A program made the position numbers and the translations under genes. Source: Chiloscyllium plagiosum (lineage: Eukaryota). From it: a stretch of DNA of 64,000 bases. The notes beneath the pieces are model-generated. The model worked only from the letters and a program-made list of their open reading frames with translations. It was not told the origin of the DNA and made no database searches. Below are positions 11,270-25,320 of the stretch, piece by piece. Location: the NCBI RefSeq assembly GCF_004010195.1, contig NC_057746.1:26556070-26620069 (forward strand), written 5' to 3'. The stretch's first letter is position 1; the number at the start of each line of letters is the position of its first letter.

Positions 11270-14200
11270 TATTGAGCATGGGTAAAAGCACAACAGGAGT
11301 GTTATATGCAGTTCATAGAATTATACAGTAGAATCCCTATGGTGTGGAAGCGGGTCATTCAGCCCAACCAGTCCACGCTGATCTTCTGAAGAACAGCCCA
11401 CCCAGATCCATCCCTCTACCCTATCCCTGAAACTTGCATTTCCCATGGCTAATTCACCTAGCCTGCACATGCTTGGACACTATGGGCAATTTAACACAGC
11501 CAATCCACCTAAACTGTGCAACTTTGGACTGCCGGAGCACCAGGAGGAAACCCACACAGTTCTGGTCACTTTGGTGAAAGGGGGATGTCTTTGCCATGGA
11601 GAGAATGAAGCAGAGATTTATCAGATTGATTCCTGAGATCAGGGGAAATGCCTTATGAGGGAGATTCTCTGGAGTTTAGGAGAATGAGAGGTGACCTGAT
11701 GGAAATTTGTAAGATTCTGAAAGGGATAGACAGAATAGTTACTGAAAAGCTATTTCTCCTGTCATCTAAAATGAGGGGACACAGTATTGGTGTAGACAAG
11801 GAATGAGATGGGGTGGCCCCTCTTCACTGATGAATCTCCACCTGAGTGGAGGTCAGTCATTGAACAGCTTCAAGACGAGAAATGGGTTTCTAATTATTAA
11901 TCATATCAAGGGATATGAGAGTAGTATGGGATGTCGATGATCAACCACGATCTAGAATGGCAAAACAGGCTTGAGGGGTTCAGTGGCATACTCCTATGAG
12001 AGCTCTGATAGTGCAGGGTTGTTTAAGAGCTTGGACATTTCAGGCCCAGTCTGGTCTCCAGATGACTTGTCTTTTATTAAAATGTTGCCTAATGGGTTGA
12101 GGATGTACACTTCCAACAAACTTGCAGGTCAATAGCTTTTCAAATGACAGCTGTTGCAAAATTGGAGTTGGCAATGTCCTCTTGATCCCAGGTCTACAGC
12201 AGGACAGCAGCCAACCATGGCACAGTGTGCAAGCGAGACTGTGACATAGCCTGTAGGAAATCTATGGATTCTATAATGTATTGGAAACATGCCAGAGAGT
12301 GGCAAATATGTCCCTCCAATTCAGGAAAGGATGTTTGAACAAGCCTTCCAACTGCGGGACAGTAAGTATAATATCAGCAGTGGGCAAGATTTCAGAAACA
12401 ATAATTAGGAAAGTAGATCGAGAGGCATTTGGAGAGGTTAGAGTTTGGGAAGATCCATAAAGTACAGAAGGTCAGAGTGCGCATATCTACAGATCCCTGA
12501 GGATAGGCAGGAAGGTTGATTAGATGGCTAGGAAGGCATCTGAGATACTTGCCTGCATTAGCTGAGGCATGAAATACAACAGCAGGGAGATTGTACCGGA
12601 AATGTATAAAATGACAGTTAGACAACAACGGGAGTGTGTCAGCATTTATGGGCACCACATTACAGGAAGGATCTGATTGCACGAGAGCAGGGGTAGAGAA
12701 CAGGTTACCATCTGAGCTGGAGGGTCTGATTCAGGAGGAAAGATTGGGGTTATTTTCCTTTGAGCAGTGCAAGTTGAGAGGAGGCCTGAGAGGAGTTTAT
12801 GAGAGGCATAGATAGAGTGGAGAACAAGGAACTTGCTCATTTAATAGATGGATCAATAACCAAGGAGATAGATGAAAGAAAGAGATAGGAAGCTAAGAGG
12901 AGGGCTGAGGAGAAATCTAGGCGGAAGTGGGTACTGCAGATGCTGGGGATTACAGTCAAGATTAGAGTGGTGCTGGAAAAGCACAGCAGGTCAGGCAGCA
13001 TCCGAGGAGCAGGAAAATTGATGTTTCGGGCAAAAGCCCTTCATCAGGAATCTGATGAAGGGCTTTTGCCCAAAACATCGATTTTCCTGCTCTTCGGATG
13101 CTGCCTGACCTGCTGTGCTTTTCCAGCACCACTCTAATCTTGAGGAGAAGTCTTTTCACCCAGGGTGGTGGGAGTCTAGAACTCACTGCCTGGAAGGGTT
13201 GTTGAGTCAGAAGCTCTCATAACCTTCCAGCAGTATTTAGATACTCACTTGTGTTACCATGGCATCCAGAACTATGGACCAAGAACTGTAAAATAGGGTT
13301 ATTATAGCCAGATCTTTATTAACTAGCATGGACATGATAAGCTTAATGGCCTCAGTCTGAGTTGTATATGGACCTTTGAGGTCTGAGTTAATGAAATGCA
13401 GCCAGCATGGATTTCTAAAAGGCAGGTCAAGCTTGATTAGCTGAGTTCTTGATGAACTGCAGCAATGCTGCCTCAAGTTCAATTTGAAAAAAATGAATTG
13501 CAGCACAAAAGGTAATAAGCAATCTCTGGCTGACTAAGCCTCAAGAATATATTTTAGTAACACAGTGAGATAAATTGCCATGATAAAGAAAGATGTTAGT
13601 TGAAGAATGCATAATCTGTGGCTAACTAAGGACATTAAAAAATTGAAGAAAAAAGTGTCCAGTTCTGAGAAGATTAGAAGTAGGATAAAGGTTTGGAGAG
13701 GTATCTGAAAACAACAGAAAACAAGTAAAAAGAAAGAGTGAATTAGAATATGAGAGAAAATTTGTTGGAAAATTGAAACAAATATGCTGCAAGTTAACAA
13801 GGATTGGTTCCTGAATATTTTGTGGCATGAATTGGAAGGTAGATAGAGAAACTGTTATTTAAGGATTTAATTGTAACAATAGTTAGAGATTATCTTGGTT
13901 CAGTATTTCTGGATGTAGAATTAGTTTGCACAAAGATGAGGAATAGTCAGGGAAGGAAGTTATTAGGGGCAGGGCCCCCTAACAATAACCATAATGTAGG
14001 TTGAAATTCCCAAGAAGAAATATTGAGGACTCATGATAAAGGGGTGACAATAATCATGGGTAGTTTCAATTTATATATAAACTGAAAATATAGCCTGGAT
14101 GAGGAGTTCATTGAGTGCTTTCAAGATAGTTTGGCACATTCTGGAACCAATTAGAGAGCATGTTATATTAACCTTGGTATGGTGAAGAGATAGAATTAAT

Positions 14201-14340
14201 TAATGGCCTAGGAGAGGCAACTCTATGTTGTGACCACAATGTATCTGAATTTTACATCTCATTTAAATAGGAGAGGAACTGGTCTAAAACTAATATTTTA
14301 AACTTGACTATGTGAGCATGAAAACTATGCTAGTCACAGT
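11270..14340 (+). mobile_element. Cluster of degenerate CR1-clade fragments with nested SINE/Penelope insertions
   Basis: RMRGDLMEICKILKGIDR-like, FTQGGGSLELTA 3' motifs and endonuclease relics. Confidence 0.6.
12956..13143. repeat. Near-perfect palindrome of two inverted Penelope pLTRs
   Basis: ~90-bp arms, tcaagattagagtgg... / ...ccactctaatcttga. Confidence 0.9.
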
Positions 14341-14869
14341 TGCACATTTCTCTCCCATAGAGCACATAAGTGAGCAGCTTATATTAGTTTTGGTATTGTG
14401 TAATGTGACTGACTTAATTAATGGTTTGATTCATTTCTTTTTAAGGTCAAAATGCAAGTAAGCATTGCAATGTCAGCCTAAACCTGTTTCCTTTTGCCTT
14501 GCTTTCCCAGTATCAGATTTCATGCTTGAAATGAGTTTTTCATTCGAGCCACTGCAAACCTGTACTCTTTGCTTTAATGAATGCAGTTTTAGCCTTCAGG
14601 TTGCGCTATTGCTCTCCAATGAACTTCAATGATTTGCTGGTTATTTTCCCTCTATTGGTGTAATACCTCCATTCACCAGCAGAAAGTGTAAGTGCAGCAT
14701 TTTAATCACAAAATCAATCAACAGGTTGGGTTCACTTCCTTTTATGGCTAATGAGCACTTCAGGTTACAATCAGTTGTCTCATGCAATTTGGCCAAGAAT
14801 GGATTCTGAATCAAACGGCAAAATCATTTTGAAAAATCAACTAGCAACATCCAGACTGGTTATTGTAGC

Positions 14870-17800
14870 AATTCGTTTAGTTGCTTCAGATGTGGTTGGA
14901 CAATCCACGAGGCTGACAGGAAACTGGGCACCATGTCCAGACTATTGGTTAAAACAGTAAAGTCTGTGTGATCAGAAAGTTGGCAGGTGGATACTAAAGC
15001 TAAACATGATATTTATGAAGCCAAAGAAAATCAAGGAACTCAACATGGAACACAAAGGTGGGAGAATTGTGAAATTCCTCTTTGTGACCCTGACATTCTG
15101 ATAAGAACTAGTCAAGAGCATCAAAAGGTTTTGCATCCTCAAAGACATTCTGAAAGTGAACGAGGAAAAGTCAGAAATGTACCAAGTCCAGAAAGCATGC
15201 AAAATCTTTTACAAAAACAGAAATTGCTAGAAAATCTCAGCAGGTCTGGCAGAATCTGTGGAGAGAAATCAGAGTTAATACTTCGGGTCCAGTGACCCTT
15301 CTTCACAACTGATGACAGCTGGGAAATTTTGTTTTACGTGGAAGTTAGGGTGACTGGAGGGGGGTAGTGAGTAAACAACACAGGTGGATGTAGATCCCAA
15401 AAAGAGAGAAGAACACTTGGACAGATGAAGGAGTGGATAAATATCAGGCTAGGAGGGTGAAATGCTGTTAATAGAGGCTGTTACAGGCTAAATATGGGCT
15501 GTGTGTAATAGCAGACTATGTGATAACAAGTCCTGGTATGTGGGATTGGGGTAAGGGCGTGGGAGAGTTCAAACCCAAAAATTGTTGAATTTGATATTGA
15601 ATCCAGAAGTAGAGTTCCCAGGTGGAAAATGGAGTGCTGTTCTTTCAGCTTGCACTGAGTTTTGCTGGAACACTGATACAGAGATGTTGGCCAGGGGACA
15701 AGATGGTGTATTGAAATGGAAGGCCACTGGAAGCTCAGGATTCGTTTTGCAGACAGACTGTAGTTCTGCAAAGTGGTCACCCAGTCTACACTCGTATTAC
15801 CAATGTAAAGGACACCACATTGTGAGCAGCAAATGCAGTAAACTAGATTGAGTGAAATTTATTCCTATTCCTGGTGTAATCTCTGGGCATTGATGTCAAA
15901 GAGGATCTTGAGCAGGTGGGGAGTCAGCAAGCCTCATTCTTTGCCTCAGAGACCTCTAGGTTTATTTTCCACAACAACAGCTGCTCAGTAGGGCAGGATG
16001 AGACTTGGGTACTCAGGGTTCTTCATCCAAAAGTTGCACAGAGCTCTATGTTTGATAACATGAAGGAAAAAAAATGGCTTGATAACTGAAGTTTGACATC
16101 TTGAGCATCAGTCAAACTTTTTATGCCAGTTTGTGTGAAGTGAATGTTATAGATGGTAAGACATTCTCTATCACCAAGGTCTTAAATGAGTGTTGATTTC
16201 AGATGTATTGTGATCATCAGTTCCCTAGTATTATCAGTTGACAATTTGGAAGGTATTTTCTGACAGTTTTTTGAGTTTTTAAGAAGCAGCAGTTTAAATA
16301 TGATTTATTAGTTAATTACATAAAGAAAGTATGCAAACATGAAAATTGGGGATGATTCACTGATATGAGAGGACAAATAGGCTATTGGTGTGGAATGCTT
16401 TGTTCTCATTGAAGTGGTGGGGACACCATGAGGTGTTAGGGGACTCTTCTTCCAATTCTGATCTGCCTTCCATCTGCCTGATAAGGTCTGCTCTCTGGTG
16501 CGCAACTGGTGAGAACCACTGCTGACAAGGTCTGCTTGATTATCAGGCTGTTGCTTTCAAAAATAAGGAATATTTGTTCTTTGAAAGAATGGTAAACTAG
16601 TCCTCAGGCCCCAAAGAAGGACTATCCTCTGTCCCTGAGCACTTATTGTTACATCATATATCTAGTGCAGTTTATGTTCTCTGTCAAGATTAGAGTGGTG
16701 TTGGAAAAGCACAGCAGGTCAGGCAGCATCCGAGGAGCAGGAAGTCGACGTTTCGAGCAAAAGCCCTTCATCATGTTCTCTGTGTCAATCAGTTGTCTGA
16801 ATCCTTTTGATCAAAAACAGCTACGTATGACATGAATGGTAATTATCTCTTGCCTACCTCCATCTGAGGACTAGTTTATCATATTTTCTAAGGATAAATA
16901 TTACTTATTTTTGAAAGCAACACCATACAATTGGACATATTGGGCACAAGATAAATTGTTGACACTAGCTCAATGGGCATCACAATCCTCGGAACTCTTG
17001 TACTTCTTTCCTTTGTTGTCATATGCTATAATTTTAGAAATTATTGCTATTGTAGATATTAAATGAAATCTCATGCTGTACAGTAAATACCAGAAAACTT
17101 CAGTTTTTAAGGAACCCCAATATCCAGCAAGAATCTTGACAATTCACTAAAACTGGGCAAGCTGACAAGCGTCACCAACTCCTTCAATGCAAATGGAACT
17201 GCTGGACGTCAGGGTTTATTGGTTGAGGTTGTGTGAACCTGGGCTGGCCCAGAGCTGCAGGAGGTGTATGAGAGTACATTTCTGGAGGGTGGCGTATCAG
17301 GATCCATGAGGAAAGGCTTCATCCCCCTCCCCTATTTGGAAGGGGTAGAAGGAGGAAATTAGAAGGTGGAAACTCATTCCACTGCTTAACAGGGACTTCT
17401 AATTTCTTTACAAAGCTAATTTTGTCAAAGTCTATTCTGAAATTGGTGATCCAACCTGAACAAACCTGCACTGTACCTAGTGTAAATATGTCTGAAATCC
17501 TTATGTTTCTTGTGGGTACAATTGCATATGTGTGGTATAGGATGGGTGGATACTTGCCTCATCAGTTTTGACCAGGAAATTATTTTCGACAGCAAATCAC
17601 ACAAGAGTGAGTTCTTTGGCAAATGAGTTGACTGAGAAGACTTCTAAAATAATTTGGCAGAATGCCTTATCACCAGAACTTTCAAACACCAAGATGAAAC
17701 TCGGCTGGTGGTGAGAATGATCCTCCCTCGCAAGTCCTTTTTTGCATACTTTCCACCAAAAGCATGCCCTTGAGGTGGTTATGGTGGGGAGAAGACCACT

Positions 17801-17930
17801 GCCCATCTAATTCTGGAATGTGTATTTGCAACATAGCTTATCAAAAGAATTGCAGTGGCTTTTGTGGAGATTCACCCCAAGCAATTCCGTGACATGATAT
17901 TCCCAGTGATGCTCACTGGGATCAACATCA
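14870..17930 (+). mobile_element. Degenerate Tx1/L1-clade LINE ORF2, interrupted by later insertions
   Basis: relics of WxLN..IKRF.ILK, DVKEDL..SQQAS.FASE, EVYES..SMRKG (RT), IWQNALSPELSN..CP.GG.GGE.T.AHLILEC (C-terminal Zn finger). Confidence 0.7.
15210..15855 (-). mobile_element. Degenerate Penelope-like fragment
   Basis: QCKLKEQH.IFHLGTL. Confidence 0.75.
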
Positions 17931-18059
17931 TATATTGCTCAATGAAAAATGCTCTTTGGTTTTCCTGCAACTTATTAGCCTCCACGTGAAAGCAATTGTC
18001 CATCACCAAGTGTTGCAAATTGGCACCTCCCAGGATCTAGGACTATATGCAACAGACAA

Positions 18060-18705
18060 CAATCTCCTAGACAACTCAGGTAGATGCGACAATCAAGGAG
18101 GCACAACAATGCCTCTTCTTCCTCGGGATGCAAAAGAAATTCAGCATGTCCATAAGGACCCTCACCAACTTTTTAACCATAGAAAGCATTCTAATTGGTT
18201 GCACCATAGAAAGCATTCTGACTGGTTGCATCACAGCTTGGTATGGCAACTGTTCTGCCCAGGACCGTAAGAAACTACAGAAAGTTGTGAACACAGCTCA
18301 GTCCATCAGGCAAGCCAACTTCCCATCCATGGGCTCCATGTACACCTCTCGCTGTCACAGAAAAGCAGCCAACATCAGCGGAAACTCCTCCAACCCCAGT
18401 TGTAACCTCTTCCAACCTCTTTCACAAAGCAGAAGGCACAAAAACTTAAACACGTACTAACAGGTTCAAGAACAGCTTCTTCCCCATTTTTATTAGACTG
18501 CTGACTGGACCTCTCAAATTTCAAATCTAATGTTCACCTGGATGTTGTGCACCTCCTGAGCAGCCACCTCTGTTTACCTCGCTTTGTTCAATTACCATAT
18601 GATCTGTATGTCCTTGTATGTTATCATCTGCCTGTACTGCATGCAAAATAAAGCTTTTCACTGTACTTAGGTACATGTGACAACAATAAATCAAATCAAA
18701 TCAAA
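18060..18705 (+). mobile_element. Rex1/Babar-clade LINE 3' end
   Basis: TIESILTGCITAWYGNCSAQDRKKLQKVV; AATAAA(TCAAA)n tail; internal 27-nt tandem duplication. Confidence 0.85.
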
Positions 18706-21412
18706 ACTAAATTCTGAGGGAACTGCAGCAGACTCTTTTACATTGATTTTAATTGGACATGAAACCACCATTAGCATTGATTTTATGTTTAAAATAATGC
18801 AGCCTCATTCTCTGTTGATGAATGCAGATCCTGTAACAATGTCAAAGTATCTTTCAGCTGTTCTCTTGCAAAGGTCAATGTCATTGTAGCTTCTGGTTTT
18901 GCTTAAGGACGACTCAGCCATTCCTGAAGCACAATTAGGACTCAGTAACAAATGTTGACTTAATAAGTGATGTTCACATGGCATGAGACATTGTTTTAAA
19001 AAATCAAACTTGACTTTCAATTTGAGCTTTGCATAAGACATTTCAACTTCTGCCTATAGGTGCTTGATGTTATGTGCATGTGGTGTGATATTTTATACAT
19101 ATGTTTTAATGATTTTCTTCAGCTATTTGATTCTTTGGATATGAGAGTTTGATGTACTGTGTAAGCAGATTGTTGATTTGCAAAAGGAATTTGATGTGTT
19201 GCATGTTGAGTTTTGATGTCTTTTGCATAGTGTCTGCGTTGTATTTGATGTTGGAGTTGAGGCTTTTTATCTGCATTTCATATATAGCATATAGGTTTAG
19301 ATATTTTCTCTCTCAATTTTTAATATCTTATAAATAAATAGTTTAAGTATTTGCTGTGCTGTTATTTGAGTTCAATGTTCTGAATTTGGGAGATTAGTTC
19401 ATTTTTAACTGGCAACTTTACATTTTGTATTTGTGGTTGCCTATTGCCTAGTTTATATGCAAAGTGTGTTTTGCATCTGTATCTGTTTTGATTATGACTG
19501 CCTTTTCAATTATGGTCCCCAGGATGTCCTGATGGCAGGACATTTAATGACTGTAAAGCCAATAAATATCAAGGAAAGATCATTGTCCAGCACATGAGTT
19601 GCATGAATATTACTGACACATACCAATTGCAGCTTACACATTGCTCAGGTCATGATGGTTCAATGCTTCAATGGGATCTTTAATGCCACACTTGGTGAAA
19701 GGCTGCCTTGCCTCATGTCAGGTGCAAAATGAAATCTCACCTCTGATGCCAAGGCTAAGATCGCATTGGAACCAAGGCAGAGCATCATACTCCATACAGC
19801 TATCATCAAAACCCATAGAAGAAACAGTAAAACTGACAGTTCGATAAACACGACATCAGAAACCCCACTGCTGGAACATAAAAACTCGTATACAAAGACA
19901 CAAACTACATACACAAATTAGCAAAATCTGTATAATACACCATATACAAAATATCATACCCCTTGTACAAATAATCATGCCCCACTGAAGTTTATATCAT
20001 ATATATGTACACACACAGAAGTCGTAATGTTTAAACTACAAAATCAAATACTCAAAACTATGCAGAGAACTTCAAATCCCTTTACAAGATATATAGGGGA
20101 CAGCACTGTGCTTCCTCTATACAAGGTGACACAGTGGGTCAGTGGTTAGCACTGCTCCCTCACAGCACCAGGGACCTGGGTTTAGTTCCACCCTTGGGCA
20201 ACAGTCTGTGTGGAATTTGTACATTTTTCCCATGTCTGTGTGGATTTCCTCTGTGTGCTCTGGTTTCCTCCCACAGTCCATAGATGTGCAGATTAGGTGG
20301 ATTGACCATGATAAATTGCCCATAGTGTCCAGACTTGCGCAGGCTCGGTGGATGAGCCATGGGAATTGCAGGGGTAAGGGAGTGGGTCTGGATTGGATGT
20401 TCTTTGAAAGGTTGGTGTGGACTTGATGGGCTGAATGGCCTGCTTCCATACTGAAATTCATAGACAAATCACTGAACTACACAAAACCTCAAGATCTGTA
20501 CACAATACAAATCTTTTCCCTTTTCAGCTACATTCATTTCTTTTGTGCAGGGTTATTTGATTCCATTTAAGTTTGAGACTTTATGTACACATATTTCGAT
20601 ACTACAATTTTGCTTTCATACTTTGATTGATTTTGTGTTTGGATTTGTTTTTAACTTTGTTTACACGTCACACTTTATTTTGTGAATGAGGATTATGGCT
20701 TTATACTGGAATGGGTTTCTTCATTATACCAGAGTCTGTGATGGCTTTGGGAAAGTGTGTATTGAGGGCATGATGTAATCTGTAAGCTGATTTTATTTTT
20801 TGTGTCAATGAGATTTTTTTTGCGTTCTTTTTGTTCTTATAATGTTTGTATAATGCAGTTAGTTGTGCATTGTAATAGATTAATTACATGAATTTCTTTT
20901 TTTTAAAAGGCATTGATAATTGTTGTGAATTAGGGCTGGTTTCCTGCTTTATGGGATGACTTTCTTCATTGTATGTAATTTTGCTACTTTTGAATTTAGA
21001 TGAATTCAATAAAATACATGCAAAAATACCCATTTGTTAAAAACAGGTTTCAATGCCTATGCATACAGATAAATCCCCACTTACACTAGAAGAAGCTAAT
21101 TGTCTCATGCTGTGAAATTCACTTTTGTCTGGATCAAGATTTATGTATGAGATTTAGGGTTTGGCTTGTACATATAATGTACATGGTACCAATCAGGAGT
21201 CTGATGGAATGCTTTTCAATTGCCTTGCTGAGTGCAGGTCTAACAGCACCCAAGCAGCTTGTCACCATCCTGGACAAAGCAGCCTACTTTACTGGCACCA
21301 CATCCACTATTTGCAACATTCAGTCCATTCCCCATCAGCTCCCATTGGAAGCAATGCATGCTATCTTCAGACTGCACCAAGGTAATTCCACAGTGTTTTC
21401 AATGATGTCTAA

Positions 21413-22049
21413 TGTGACAGTGTTATGGCTTTAAGAGGTTATTTTGCCCTTTACTTTAAAGAGAGATTTTAAAACAGAAGTACCAGGCTACCTACATGGA
21501 CAGCCAGTGAAGTAAGAGGCCTCAGAGTTTTTTTTAAAAGTTGGAACAATAGAAGCAGCCTGGATGGGTGTAGCCAGCTCTCACAGACCAGGCTTTCTTT
21601 TGTTTTCATTTATAGGTTTAGCTTTACGGGGTCTCAGCAGGGCAGAAGGTGCTGAAGGTTTGAAGAAGTAGAAACTATCTTTTCCCTCTCTTGATTACAG
21701 CCGGAAGCTTTTTTTAAAAAATCTGCTGCTGGGATACCTGTGAGACAAATCTATTTTCTGAATTTGCCTTTTTACTAAGGGGTGTGTTTATGGGATGTCA
21801 CTATTTTGGAACAGTTAACCAGTAACAGTTACAATATTAGTATTCTATTCCAAATAGAGTTACATTACTTTAAATTCTTCTTTCTTTTGTTGTATTTTAA
21901 CTATTGTGCTTGAACAAATGGGGTTGTGCTCAATATTGAGTAGTTTGACTAGTGAAATTACATCTGGAACAGAACACATTGCAAGAAACAGTTAGGCTCT
22001 AGGATACCTTCTTAAAATATTTTGAGGGGATCTGGCTTGGTCCATTGCA
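21413..22049 (+). mobile_element. Solo LTR (Gypsy-like)
   Basis: TG..CA, imperfect TSD CTAA/CTAC, splits an older LINE fragment. Confidence 0.65.
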
Positions 22050-22701
22050 CTACACCCAGATAGACAATGACAATGCAAATTGGGGAGAATCCACTTCCAA
22101 ACATTTCCCTTCTAAATCACACACCATCCCAACTTGAAACTGTATTGCCATTCTTTTATTGTCACTAGGCCAAAATGGTGGAACTCACTCCCTGCCAACA
22201 CTCTGGGTGTGCTTACACCAGGATTGCAGACATTCGAAAAAGCAGCTCACTACCATGAGTTAAAGGTCAATCTGAGATGGATAATAAATGTTGGCATTGC
22301 TAGTGATATCCTCATGCAAAAAGAGTAACTTTTCTGTGTGCATACCTGTACTAGTTTGATTTCTCTCTCTCTCACTCTCTCTCTGTCTCTCTCTCTCTAT
22401 CTATCTATCTATATATATATTATATATATATAAATAATACAAACATCAGTACTGTACAGATTAAAAATATATGTGAAATCATCCTATGGTCGAAAAGTTA
22501 AACCTGTTTTCATAAATGAGAATCAACTCCCCTCACACATACTCTACATATTTTATGAAAAAGAATTGAAATTTGCATACATACAGAACCCAGTTCCTTA
22601 TTCTGAAGAAAAAAAATTAGCAGGAAACATGTATTTCAATTTTCATATAATCTTACATCTATTGTAAGGTCTGATTTGCAGGGATGTAATCATTTCTCTT
22701 G

Positions 22702-22930
22702 ATAGAGTCATAGAGATGTACAGCATGGAAACAAACCCTTTGGTCCAACCCGTCCATGCTGACCAGATATCCCAACCCAATCTAGTCCCACCTGCCAACA
22801 CCCGGCCCATATCCCTCCAAACCCTTCCTATTCATATACTCATCCAAATGCCTCTTAAATATTGCAATTGCACCAGCCTCCACCACTTCCTCTGGCAGTT
22901 CATTCCATACCCGAACCACCCTCTGTGTGA
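22702..22930 (-). mobile_element. CR1 3' end
   Basis: FTQRVVRVWNELPEEVVEAG. Confidence 0.85.
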
Positions 22931-23639
22931 AGATAAAGATTAATCTCCCACATGTCAAAAACCAGACCCAAGTTGTGTTTAAAATCCAAGTCAGATCTGA
23001 TATATCCAGCAGCATTGATATATCCTGCACACTCACATAAAATTTACACAACAGAATAAATCTGAAAAATTATCAAATGAAATTTAACCCAGAATCTCCT
23101 AAGGAGCTTTGGTAAGTTCTTTCCTATATTTGTTAAGTATCCTTTCAGAGGAGAGAGATTGAGGGAGGGAGTTCAAGAGAGATTATGGCTGAGACAGATG
23201 AAGGCATGATTGGTCAATAGTTCAACGCGTCCCATCAAAGATTACCAATTGATACGCAGGGCTGAAGGGCAACGCAAAAGTAGCGAGTAGTCCGTCTGTG
23301 GACCTTTAAAACAAAGATAAGGATTTTAAACCAGACCGGATGTCAATATAGGTCAACAGTAACAACCCACGAATCGCAACAAACCAAAACCAATAAGGTA
23401 GCAATTATCTTTAAAATTCCGTGATTCGAAGTACCTTTGAACTTAATCATCGAGTCAAATTCTATCTCCACCTGTGAGTGGAACGAGATTATTTATTAGT
23501 TACAAAATATTGCAACACTTTAAAGAACATAATGAAACCCGTCAAGCCAAGAGATTTCATCAAGGCAAAAATAATTCACAGACCTAAAGAAAATCTTTCC
23601 ATATGGCCGTAAGTTAAGGTCAGTTTCATATATAGAAAA

Positions 23640-24049
23640 TAACAGCAACAGGATGTGGCCTTGTTTTGCTGAGCTGAGCTGGTGCTAAAAGTCCTGCTGA
23701 ACATCGCCTTTTGTTGAAGGTATCACATCCTTTTAAATAGCGATATAGTGGAGGTTTCACTTCCGAAGGGAAAATATACCCGTTCCGTACTTCAAACTAT
23801 AAGCACACCACTTTCTATAAAATTTGCAGGTTCTGAAACGGGACAAACCTTGTTAAAATGCCCCCCAATATAAATACCCGCTCTTATTGGTACAGTTCCA
23901 CAGACCACTGAGTTAATTGGCTGAGTGCTTCCCTATGCGCAGGGAGTTCGGGGAGCAGCGGGCCGGCCGGTTGAGAACATTGCAATTTTCCTGCCAGCTA
24001 ACAGTCAAAGGAGCCACGTTTCTCTAACCTCTATACTGTAGATACGGAG
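23640..24049 (+). promoter_or_regulatory. Putative immune-type promoter upstream of an orphan leader exon
   Basis: ETS-IRF composite (GGAAGTGAAA on the minus strand, 23755-23764), CCAAT/ATTGG boxes ~23866-23920, CpG enrichment, followed by ATG at 24050. Confidence 0.4.
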
Positions 24050-24432
24050 ATGGAAGGAAACGGAAGCATTCTGGCACTTGCTTTGGTTTTCTTTGAAGTA
24101 TGCGAGTTATACTTATTTTAGTTTGTTTGTTTATTAGGTTTGAGTATCTTTTGGCACACCGTCGTTTATTGCCCAATTAAAATCGCCCTTGAGAATGCGG
24201 GGGACTGGGGGGGGGGGGGGTGGAAAGAATTACTCTTTTGAACCTAACTGGACCTGATAGGTGGATAGAGCTCGGATGTTTCTTCCTGAGGCAGATTTGG
24301 TGAGGGTGGGGAGCTGGTGAGGGAGGTGGGGACCAGGACTCAGGGATGCCGTTTAAAATCAAGACGTTTCCCTCGTTAGAGATGAGGAGAATCAATTTTA
24401 TTTCGGGGGGGGGGGGGGGGGGGATTGTTAAT

Positions 24433-24626
24433 NNNNNNNNNNNNNNNNNNNNNNNNNNNNNNNNNNNNNNNNNNNNNNNNNNNNNNNNNNNNNNNNNNNN
24501 NNNNNNNNNNNNNNNNNNNNNNNNNNNNNNNNNNNNNNNNNNNNNNNNNNNNNNNNNNNNNNNNNNNNNNNNNNNNNNNNNNNNNNNNNNNNNNNNNNNN
24601 NNNNNNNNNNNNNNNNNNNNNNNNNN
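24433..24626. other. Assembly gap (N) flanked by poly-G tracts
   Basis: run of N. Confidence 1.
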
Positions 24627-25000
24627 GCGTTGGAGGGTCCGGGGTTTAGATGCTTCAATAAGAACAAGGAAGGAACTAAAAGTGGGGGGGGGGGGGGTTG
24701 GGGTGGGGGTGGGGGGGGGGGATGGGGATGTGGGAAGGTGGTGGGCAAAAGGAAACTGCAGTTGACATTACAACCAAGTGAACTATGAAGGGTGAGCAGG
24801 TTTGAAGGGGCCGATGAGCCGACTTCTGTTCCCAATTCTAATAAGGCTATGCAATCCAGAGGTCTGTGTTGAGTTTGTGTCGCCTCAGTGCTAATTTCGG
24901 AATTAGGAATTGCGAATGTGTTACCAACAGAAGGTTGTGACCAATGTACTGTTTTAAAAGGAAATCGGACACACAGGAAGCAGCTTCGCCTCAGTCGGTT

Positions 25001-25320
25001 GGGCGGCACAGTGGCACAGTGGTTAGCACTGCTGCCTCACAGCGCCAGAGACCCGGGTTCAATTCCCGCCTCAGGCGACTGACTGTGTGGAGTTAGCACG
25101 TTCTCCCTGTGTCTGCGTGGGTTTCCTCCGGGTGCTCCGGTTTCCTCCCACAGTCACAAAGATGTGCAGGTCAGGTGAATTGGCCACACTAAATTGCCCG
25201 TAGTGTTAGGTAAGGGGTAAATGTAGGGGTATGGGTGGGTTTCGCTTCGGCGGGTCGGTGTGGACTTGTTGGGCCGACGGGCCTGTTTCCACACTGTAAG
25301 TAATCTAATCTAATCTAATC
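25001..25320 (+). mobile_element. HE1-type V-SINE
   Basis: near-identical to 5402-5722. Confidence 0.92.
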
